64,000 nucleotides of DNA from assembly GCA_963734945.1 (NCBI GenBank), contig CAVTJF010000063.1, positions 75,496-139,495 on the forward strand, in the 5' to 3' direction. Positions within the stretch are counted from its first letter, which is position 1; each line of letters opens with the position of its first letter. The notes under the pieces were generated by a model. It worked only from the letters and a program-made list of their open reading frames with translations. It did not search any database and was not told where the DNA came from. The translations under genes were made by a program, and so were the position numbers. This DNA comes from an uncultured Gammaproteobacteria bacterium (GTDB taxonomy: Bacteria > Pseudomonadota > Gammaproteobacteria > Xanthomonadales > Rhodanobacteraceae). This document shows, one piece after another, positions 58,901 to 64,000 of this stretch.

Positions 58901-58937
58901 GCAGACTGCTGCCGAAACCACCTGATCGAGAAATCAT
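52998..58937 (-). CDS. giant surface/secreted protein (1,979 aa): signal peptide, small N-module, internal IPTL-CTERM-like segment + second signal peptide, cadherin-like repeats, long right-handed beta-helix-like region
   Basis: Start re-set to ATG 58937 (MISRSGGFGSSLRLCLALVLLCAALTAHA), with AGGGGA 6 nt upstream. Four ~103-aa VNDPP-delimited repeats are present. The C-terminal ~1,000 aa is Gly/Ser/Thr/Asn/Ala-rich with periodic repeats typical of parallel beta-helices. No RTX nonapeptides were seen. Confidence 0.85.
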   Translation of the reverse strand: MISRSGGFGSSLRLCLALVLLCAALTAHAATTQFRVLLDVDNDPGTGCSVATPDGSFGGVEQILLTTVDSAGTSASVTSVERLDCVDPGTSSFGAPVSISAGGWPVGIGNGQSGLDVIETQMPLSSIAGHAFFVRTAVLASDSTGDDAMGVTSPFLVQLGSNIAVPTLSRIALALLSLLFALAALAMLRRHRSLLTVALALGLLAGSVGTAWAACVLDGQTGDWAGIAPLGQDPQGDGPVGADLGAFFAQISGGNICFRIDSTVAFNQPPVADPQSVTTLQDTPVAITLTGSDPDLNPITFSLVAGSGPNNGTLTGTPPNVTYTPNAFYAGADSFDFQVTDSLGASDTATVSITVTDVNDPPTVNPATFSIPEHSANATSVGTPVTYTDPDSGQNHSFSITAGNTSGAFAIDAGSGQITVANSAALDFATHPSFALTVQVTDDGSPVQSGSATITINLSDVNDPPVVTPATFSIAENSANATPVGTPVAYTDPDTGQTHTYAITAGNTNGAFAINATSGQITVANSAVLDFETNPSFALTVQVADNGTPSLNGSATITINLTNANDPPVVTPATFSIAENSPNTTTVGTPIAYTDQDSAQNHSFSITAGNTGGAFAINASSGQITVANSTVLDFETNPTFALTVQVSDDGTPPLSGSATVTINLTDVNEPPAVTPATFSVLEHSPAGTVVGTASATDPDAGQTLSYSITGGNSGGAFAISASSGQITVANTSALDAILQGGSPSAALTVQATDNGTPAQSGSGTITVNITDVNDPPSFSPGGTVTVAEGSGPYSGAWATAVSPGPSNESGQAVSFIVTPVSADPTLTFSAAPAIDGSGNLSFTSVANAFGTASFSVVAMDNGGTANGGIDTSSPPQTLTITVSGVNNPPTVPTPPSITGVVSNISVNVSASGGLLVGATDDPLEVAAGSVLTVGNGSNPVPTTTVNGGSLNINGGTGAFSYNPPAGFSGTDSFSYVVCDNGVGETPANPKCSAAVTANISVGGNTVWFIDAAASAGGDGRLSTPFASLAEFNAKQTGSGIDSPAANDAIFVASGSYSGSITLKSGQVLFGQATAPHAGDSFTDFDSFAGISPPGGPVVTAAARPSLGGTAPSLAAGSGNAINVAASGGNTIRGLAIGNTPGGSAIAGTFGGTLDIDQVAISGTGGTLLLDGGGSGTLLATLGDISSDSAPGDALRVRNTSNSAFDATSTTITSPAAYGIDLDANAGTSSFALGTLSDISTSAAPAIYVAGGSVSIANPGVPSLSSTGAPALDVRNTTLNGFSFAGISSAGSAGNGVNIDSVSGSVTAAGGSITAAAGIGVRINGGASDVTYPGSISNAGRAVSITGRNGGMVSLAGVITNTGTGILVNGNSGGMSVFSANGSSLKTGANAALTLSGNSGHAMHFIGGGLAVSTSSGNGIAATGGGTLTIEGSGNSVQSSTGVAVDIDGVTIGAAGVTLRSVSAGTTSTGPASGIVLADTGSSGLFSVTGDGGNARNGSGGTIQHTTSDGIALSNAHGVVLRQMELLFNGNSANPADITNLANDHAIQASASGDITLSAVHIRHPIGSGFEAFDLTGSNRIDTGSLIEELDQTSNFAGIRVTNAGVSFTSMTIDGSTVDLKDLTPATPAVNGNAMVVLSTTGIVNGAWNVNNSTFLGARGQAMTLAIGNGPGSGGTITSDVTGSTFTASHPINGQNNVSGTVTGGATLRPSFSSNNLNDIGRGISLSGQIILQKGSTSVLDASVSGNTISNIPQQRGLDTLALTDSSSGLVDAEVFNNSVDGTGKEAVYSSTRGGESDMDLRVDNNSIGQTVAVGSQSQASGIFVDVQGSSSLDSQVLNNNVRAATENIGACGGADCGVITVNVENYPSGSAVANATIEGNTVTGTAAPGSLARAVLARARDCGMTLHVDLGGGTGDGAPNNANSSTNGYYVLDDSFSCTPLPTVQVESLSTVNADNNPTGSVTTSGVTNFAGDVPLPKF
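56616..57866 (-). repeat. four tandem ~309-bp coding repeats (cadherin-like domains) inside the giant gene
   Basis: Protein repeats read VNDPP(T/V)V(N/T)PATFSI(P/A)E(H/N)S...TITINL(S/T)D. The antisense track ORFs 57172-57438 and 57481-57780 are near-duplicates offset by 309 nt. Confidence 0.85.
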
Positions 58938-59375
58938 CCGTTGTCCCCTGTCGAAACCGGCCTCGCGATGCAGCGCGATGCAACATCCCCATGACACGTC
59001 CGCCCCGGTCCGTTGCAAAAAGGCAGGCCGACGATGACGCCCGAGGCGAACGACTTTACACCCAGACGGGCTCGCATCGCCAATTGTTGCTCGGGCCCGT
59101 TGTTGATGCATTGGGGGGGAGGATGTTGAGCTGGCGGCGTGCCGGCACGCTCGCTCTTCTGCTTGCGTCATGTGCACCGTGTACTTCAGCGTTGTCAGCA
59201 CGGCGGGGCAACGCGCTTGTCCGCATGCCGGTCGAACCGGTCACGGCGGTGGAACCCGACGCGCTGTCCCGAGGAACCCGTGTCGCGAAACGCCGACTCG
59301 GCTGCGGGTGCAGGGCCGGGGCGCGACAGGCGCTACACTTTGCGCAACGAGCACGGCGAGCCAGGGAAACCAACG

Positions 59376-59957
59376 ATGCGGATTTGTGTGTATTGCGCCT
59401 CCAGTGACAAGGCCGATGCGGCCTATCGCGACGCTGCAAGAGAGCTGGGTACGCTGATTGCCGAGGCCGGGCATGTGCTGGTGTTTGGTGGCGGGTCGGC
59501 CGGTTCCATGGGCGCGGTGGCCGACGGTGCGCTGGATGCCGGTGGCGAGGTGGTCGGCATCATTCCGCGCTTCATGGCCGATCTGGAGTGGAGTCATCCG
59601 GGCCTGACCGACCTGCAACTGGTCGAGGACATGCGCGAGCGCAAGCATCGCCTGCTGACCGACTCCGACGCCGTGGTGGCCCTGCCGGGCGGCTGCGGCA
59701 CGCTGGAAGAACTGTTCGAGGCGATTACCCTCAAGCGCCTGGGCATCTATCTGAACCCGATCATTCTGCTCGACACGCTCGGGTACTGGGGGCCACTGGA
59801 ATCGTTCATGCAGCAGGTGATCGCTGCGCGTTTCATGAATGCCGAACATGCCGCCATGTGGCAGCGGGTGGCCGTGCCCGCCGAGGTGCTGCCGGCCATT
59901 GCCGCGGCACCGCGCTGGAGCGAATCGGCCCGCGACTTTGCCGTGGTGCGAGACTGA
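59376..59957 (+). CDS. LOG-family (TIGR00730-type) nucleotide 5'-monophosphate nucleosidase / cytokinin riboside 5'-monophosphate phosphoribohydrolase
   Basis: MRICVYCASS start, VFGGGSAGSMG, and ALPGGCGTLEELFE (PGGxGTxxE). Confidence 0.85.
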   Translation: MRICVYCASSDKADAAYRDAARELGTLIAEAGHVLVFGGGSAGSMGAVADGALDAGGEVVGIIPRFMADLEWSHPGLTDLQLVEDMRERKHRLLTDSDAVVALPGGCGTLEELFEAITLKRLGIYLNPIILLDTLGYWGPLESFMQQVIAARFMNAEHAAMWQRVAVPAEVLPAIAAAPRWSESARDFAVVRD

Positions 59958-59963
59958 ACCGAG

Positions 59964-61610
59964 GTGGCGACGCGCCTGCTGCCGCCAGTCGAGGTCCAGC
60001 AGCCGCTGCGGCTGGCCCTGCTGTTGCCGGGCACGACGCTGCCCGCCTGGGCCGCACGCGCCGTGCAGCGCCTGATGACGCTCGAATACCTGCACATCGC
60101 CTGCATCGTGATGGCGCCAGCGGCGGCAGAGGGCAGCGATGGCCGCGGTCTGGCGGCGCGCTATCTGGCATGGGACCGTCGTCGCTACCGCAAGGCGCGC
60201 TCGGCCCTGGTTGCGTGCGACATCTCAGCGTCGCTGCAAGGCATCGAGCAGCTGGCCTGCTCGGAAGAAGCCGTGGTCGCACTGGCGGCGCGCGATCTGG
60301 ATGTCATCATCGACTTCGGTGCCGCGGTGGACCTGGCAGCCATGGCGGCGTGTGCCCGTTCCGGGCTGTGGTGGCATGGCGCTGGCGCGACTCCGCGGCG
60401 CCTGTCGCCGGCGGGCTTGTGGCAGCCGGTCTTTGCCGGCTCACCGATCACCCACACCGGCCTGTACGCCATCAGCGTGCACGATTCGGCGCTGCAGTGT
60501 CTTGCGCAGAGCGTCGCCTCGACACAACTGCTCTCGGTCGAAACCAACAATGCCCAGGTACTGTGGAAGTTCGCCGACATGGCCGCCAACACGCTGTTCC
60601 GACTGGCCAGCGGACGCCTGCATCCGCACGCCCTCGAATGCTCGGCGGCTCGTGCGCTGCGTCCGGCAAGCGGGCCCGGGACCCTGGCGCTGCTCGGCTT
60701 TCTGCCGCGCCTCGCCTGGCGGCGGCTGCAGGCCAGCGTGCATCGTCGCCGCGATGTGGAACACTGGGTGATTGCCTGCCGGTCAGGCGGTCAGCAACTG
60801 GACCCGGCAGCACCGCGCTTCCGCGGCGCCCGCGTGCTGGATGCCCCCGCCGGCCACTTCTGGGCGGATCCGGACATCGTCGAACATGCGGGCAGGACGT
60901 GGCTGTTCTGCGAGGACTTCGACTATGCGCGTGACCTGGGCAGCATTGCCTGCATGCCGCTGGATGGCGATGGCCGCGCCGGCGATGCGCGCATTGTCCT
61001 GTCGCTGGACAGCCACCTGTCCTACCCGCAGGTGTTCGAACACGGTGGCGACATGCTGATGCTGCCGGAGAACGGTCAGAGCCTGGCGCTGACGCTGTAC
61101 CGCGCCGACCCGTTCCCCTGGTCCTGGAAGCCCGTGGCCAGGTTGCTGGAAGGCTTCAACTTCACCGACGCCACCTTGTGGCAGCAGGACGGTCACTGGT
61201 ACATCTTTGCCAACCTTTCCGCCAGCGGCGGCAGTGTGCATGACGAGTTGTACCTGTTCCATGCCGAGGACCTTCTGGCCGACTGGCAGCCGCATCCGTG
61301 CAATCCGATCGTGTCCGACATCCGTCGCGCCAGACCGGCAGGGCCCTTGTTCCGGCGCAACGGCACCCTCTGGCGTCCGGCTCAGGATTGCGCCATCAAC
61401 TACGGCCGGGCCGTGGTCTTCAACGAGGTCCTGGAGCTGACCCCGGACAGCTATCGCGAACGCCCCGCCGGCCGCCTGGACAGCAGCTGGAAGTCCGGCC
61501 TGCACGGCTGTCACACCTACGCAGCAACGGCCGCGATGGAAGTCATTGATGGCAAGTACTGGGCGCGCAAGGGTGACGTCACTGCCGCTGCCGGGGAGCC
61601 GGGATCGTGA
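59964..61610 (+). CDS. hypothetical two-domain protein (formyltransferase-like N-terminal half, beta-propeller-like C-terminal half)
   Basis: 548 aa, GTG start. The C-terminal half (FWADPDIVEHAGRTWLFCEDFDY...GHWYIFAN...LFRRNGTLWRPAQDC) looks like a GH43-like/GINT1-N-like propeller (from memory, low certainty). The stop overlaps the GT4 start. Confidence 0.55.
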   Translation: MATRLLPPVEVQQPLRLALLLPGTTLPAWAARAVQRLMTLEYLHIACIVMAPAAAEGSDGRGLAARYLAWDRRRYRKARSALVACDISASLQGIEQLACSEEAVVALAARDLDVIIDFGAAVDLAAMAACARSGLWWHGAGATPRRLSPAGLWQPVFAGSPITHTGLYAISVHDSALQCLAQSVASTQLLSVETNNAQVLWKFADMAANTLFRLASGRLHPHALECSAARALRPASGPGTLALLGFLPRLAWRRLQASVHRRRDVEHWVIACRSGGQQLDPAAPRFRGARVLDAPAGHFWADPDIVEHAGRTWLFCEDFDYARDLGSIACMPLDGDGRAGDARIVLSLDSHLSYPQVFEHGGDMLMLPENGQSLALTLYRADPFPWSWKPVARLLEGFNFTDATLWQQDGHWYIFANLSASGGSVHDELYLFHAEDLLADWQPHPCNPIVSDIRRARPAGPLFRRNGTLWRPAQDCAINYGRAVVFNEVLELTPDSYRERPAGRLDSSWKSGLHGCHTYAATAAMEVIDGKYWARKGDVTAAAGEPGS

Positions 61611-62731
61611 CTGCGCCCCGTCGTGCCGTCCTGTCGCTGCTGAATACGCCGGCCGGCCTGTTTCGCTGGTACGAGCAGTTCCCCCTGGCTATTGGCGAAC
61701 AATTGCAGCAGGCCGGGATCGAGCACGTGCTGGGCTACAAGGCCTACCTCGACAACACCATCGTGCCGCCGCCGCATCTGCCTGCGCACGACATGACCGA
61801 CATGCCGGACCGGCAGTGGGTGGCACGCACGCTGGAGCCGATCGCAGCGCGCTACGACGAATTGATCGTGCACACCCACTCCTTTCATTTCGGTGCGACG
61901 TGCCAGGTGTGGCGGATGACCCGGGGCCACCGGCAGCGCCGCTGGTGGGCCACCATGCACCGCACACCCTCGCGGGTGGGATTGTTGCGCAGCGTGCCCC
62001 GGCGCATGCTGCAGGCCGGCCGGATCATTTATCCCGACCGGCTTTTCGGCTGTTCCGCCGCGTCCACTGCGGCGCTCAGGCGCATGTTCCTGCCCGGGCG
62101 CGTGGCCACGCTTCTGAACGGGCGCCTGAGCGGAGCGGACCTGACCCGCTTCGAGCCACGCGGTGAGCCGCACCGCGCGCTGTTTGTCGGCCGTCTCAAC
62201 CGCGAGAAGGGCGTCTGGCCGCTGCTCGAGGCCGGCCGGCAGCTGGCACAGATCCATCCCCGCTTTGAACTGGTGATCCTTGGCGAGGGCCCGGAGGAGG
62301 AAGCCATGCGCCGGTGGATCGAAGAACACGGTCTTGCCAGGCGCATCCGCATGCCGGGGCACGATTCGGATGTCGGTCCCTACTACCGGCAGGCCGATTT
62401 CGTGGTTGTGCCAACTGATCCGCAGCAGATTGCCGAAGGCCTGCCGCTGGTGGCGCTGGAAGCCCAGGGGCATGCCCTGCCGGTGTTGTACAGCCTGAGC
62501 GGGGGGCTGCCGGAAACCCAGATCGAAGGGGCAACCGGCTTGCGCGTTGACCCGCTGGACGCGCCGACACTGGTGTCGCGCGCCACGGAGCTGATGGCTG
62601 ATCCTGACCGGTATCAGGCCATGCGCCTTTCCATCCGCGACAGCCGTCAACGCTGGAGTCTGCAGCGCATGGTCGACGACTACTGCAACGCCTATGTCGA
62701 TGCCTTCAGGCAGGGACTGGCGAAAACCTGA
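61607..62731 (+). CDS. family 4 (GT-B) glycosyltransferase
   Basis: FVGRLNREKG...ILGEGPEEE...ADFVVVPT...EGLPLVALEAQGHALPV, the EX7E region. GTGA overlap with the upstream gene. Confidence 0.85.
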   Translation: MTAPRRAVLSLLNTPAGLFRWYEQFPLAIGEQLQQAGIEHVLGYKAYLDNTIVPPPHLPAHDMTDMPDRQWVARTLEPIAARYDELIVHTHSFHFGATCQVWRMTRGHRQRRWWATMHRTPSRVGLLRSVPRRMLQAGRIIYPDRLFGCSAASTAALRRMFLPGRVATLLNGRLSGADLTRFEPRGEPHRALFVGRLNREKGVWPLLEAGRQLAQIHPRFELVILGEGPEEEAMRRWIEEHGLARRIRMPGHDSDVGPYYRQADFVVVPTDPQQIAEGLPLVALEAQGHALPVLYSLSGGLPETQIEGATGLRVDPLDAPTLVSRATELMADPDRYQAMRLSIRDSRQRWSLQRMVDDYCNAYVDAFRQGLAKT

Positions 62732-62748
62732 GGCCGTGCGTCGCCGGC

Positions 62749-63252
62749 TCAGCCCTGCAGGCGCTCCCGCGAGCCCAGGTCCTCGGGCTCGTCGCTCCAG
62801 AATGCCTGGGCGAAATCGATGACGCGCTCCAGCCAGTTGCCTGCATCGGCTTCCCAGCAGACCGCGTCGCGCACCTTGACGCGCAACACCATCAGTTGCG
62901 GATCCTCCTTGCCAGCAGGGAAAAAGACCTTCTGTACCGGGGTCCAGAGTTCATCAATGGTCTCGCGGTCGCGGTCCATGCGTGCGCGCCCCCGCACCGA
63001 GAGATAGCGGCCCTCGGAGGGCTGCGCATAGGCAAGATTCACTTCGTGGTCCTCGGTAAGCTGCGCCACCTTGGCGCTGTCGGCGCTGGTGAAGAAGATC
63101 AGCTCGCCACCGGCATCCAGCTTGAGTGTCTGCAGGGGCCGACTGACCATCGGGCCGCCCTTGAGGTGGGTAGTCAGCATGGCCGTCTCGATCGGTTTGA
63201 CAAGCTCGCCGAGCTTGCGCAGATCGGCGTTGTCCTGATGGTCGATTTTCAT
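62749..63252 (-). CDS. pyridoxamine 5'-phosphate oxidase-like / general stress protein 26 family
   Basis: Start at ATG 63252 (MKIDHQDNADLRKLGELVKPIETAMLTT). MVSRPL ... FFTSADSAKV ... LSVRGRA pattern. Confidence 0.8.
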   Translation of the reverse strand: MKIDHQDNADLRKLGELVKPIETAMLTTHLKGGPMVSRPLQTLKLDAGGELIFFTSADSAKVAQLTEDHEVNLAYAQPSEGRYLSVRGRARMDRDRETIDELWTPVQKVFFPAGKEDPQLMVLRVKVRDAVCWEADAGNWLERVIDFAQAFWSDEPEDLGSRERLQG

Positions 63253-63394
63253 TCGGCGCACCTCGTTTGACTGTTTCTGTAGCAGGGGCAACCATGGCTC
63301 GACGGCAATTAACTCGGCATGAAGCCGGGTTCCCGACCGGTCCCGCGGCGATGTTGCTATGCTGCCGTGACTCGTCAGGCAGGTGATCCGGTTC

Positions 63395-64000
63395 ATGCAT
63401 TTCGACTTTCGTGTGGTTCTTCAGCACCTGATCGACCAGGCCTACCGGCTGCTGGCCATGCTGCCGCTGCTGGCTCTGGCCATCATTGTGGTGGTGCTGG
63501 CGTGGTGGATTGGCGGCTGGGTATCGCGGCGCGCCGTGGTTGGCAGCCTGTCGCGACACAATCCGCTGTTGCGCGAGATCAGCCGCAGCACCGTGCGCTG
63601 GCTGGTGACCGCGGCCGGCATCCTGCTGGCGCTGGAGATCCTCGATGCCACGGCGCTGGTTGGCGCCGTGCTGGGTACCGCCGGGGTGCTTGGCGTGGCG
63701 CTTGGCTTCGCCTTCAAGGACATCCTGGAAAACTATCTTGCCGGCATTCTGCTGAGCGTGCGCCAGCCGTTCGCGCCGCGCGATCACGTGGTGATCGACG
63801 GCAACGAGGGCATCGTCATGGCCCTGACCTCGCGCGCCACCATCCTCATGACACTGGATGGCAATCACCTGCGGCTGCCCAACGCGCTCGTGTTTCGGGG
63901 TGTGATGCTCAATTACACGCGCAATCCCCGGCGTCGATTCGAGTTTGACGTCGGCATGGGCGTCAACGAGGACCTGGTGAAGGCGCAGCGGATCGGTGTT
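63395..64000 (+). CDS. mechanosensitive ion channel (MscS family), C-terminus off-window
   Basis: Own translation from ATG 63395 gives MHFDFRVVLQHLIDQAYRLLAMLPLLALAIIVVVLAWWIGG, with TM helices. It continues LGVALGFAFKDILENYLAGILLSVRQPFAPRDHVVIDGNEGIV, the MscS pore-helix/beta-domain signature. It is not in the ORF track because no stop lies in the window. Confidence 0.85.
   Translation, partial: MHFDFRVVLQHLIDQAYRLLAMLPLLALAIIVVVLAWWIGGWVSRRAVVGSLSRHNPLLREISRSTVRWLVTAAGILLALEILDATALVGAVLGTAGVLGVALGFAFKDILENYLAGILLSVRQPFAPRDHVVIDGNEGIVMALTSRATILMTLDGNHLRLPNALVFRGVMLNYTRNPRRRFEFDVGMGVNEDLVKAQRIGV

Noticed and set aside
52998-58937. RTX adhesin secreted by a type I system
   Set aside because: I saw no GGxGxD nonapeptide repeats and no adjacent ABC/MFP/TolC genes, and the protein has N-terminal Sec-type signals.
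58938-59201. 88-codon N-terminal extension of the giant ORF (track start 59201)
   Set aside because: The extension is Arg/Ala/Ser-rich without features. ATG 58937 has an SD and opens directly with a signal peptide.
1-64000. tRNA, rRNA, tmRNA, known riboswitches, integrase or att sites
   Set aside because: I scanned intergenic regions by eye. I found no T-loop/GTTCGAATC-like motifs, no rRNA-like segments and no recognisable riboswitch cores. A cmscan/tRNAscan run would be needed to be certain.

Overview
High-GC (roughly mid-60s % by eye) gammaproteobacterial chromosome segment. The rhlB-trxA-rho, ftsEX, purC, rpe, maeB, cca, slt, rsgA and ung context has a Xanthomonadales/Nevskiales-like flavour, but I cannot place it more precisely. 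I support about 55 protein genes and saw no rRNA, tRNA or CRISPR array. High GC makes the ORF track full of long antisense or extended ORFs. Many starts were therefore re-set by hand using signal peptides, Shine-Dalgarno (SD) motifs and ATGA/GTGA stop-start overlaps.

The housekeeping backbone is interrupted by several accessory or unusual pieces:
1. 6.86-8.4 kb: a 286-bp MITE-like element with perfect 28-bp terminal inverted repeats, directly upstream of a split borosin RiPP pair (OphMA/SonM-like alpha-N-methyltransferase plus SonA-like precursor peptide).
2. 49.5-58.9 kb: a tightly packed minus-strand operon. It encodes a 1,979-aa cadherin-repeat/beta-helix surface protein with an embedded IPTL-CTERM-like sorting signal followed by a second signal peptide. 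It also encodes three phage-tail-collar-domain paralogs (the middle one frameshifted), a Tat-signal protein and a GNAT. A diverged solo copy of the MITE terminal repeat sits at the region's left edge.
3. A gspCDEF-only type II secretion block, followed by a secreted beta-propeller protein.
4. Non-coding oddities: five tandem composite palindromic (REP-like) units in the trxA-rho spacer, a C-rich rho leader, a second ~290-bp inverted-repeat element filling a divergent promoter region, and a hairpin-dense ung-dpp spacer.
5. Protein-level oddities: Rho with a ~157-aa low-complexity N-terminal extension, a GGDEF gene whose SD/ATG and signal anchor lie in other frames, a pseudo-receiver/receiver protein coupled to ung, and two SD-preceded micro-ORFs divergent from a two-component system.

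All family assignments come from reading motifs and from memory of family sequences. No database search was run.
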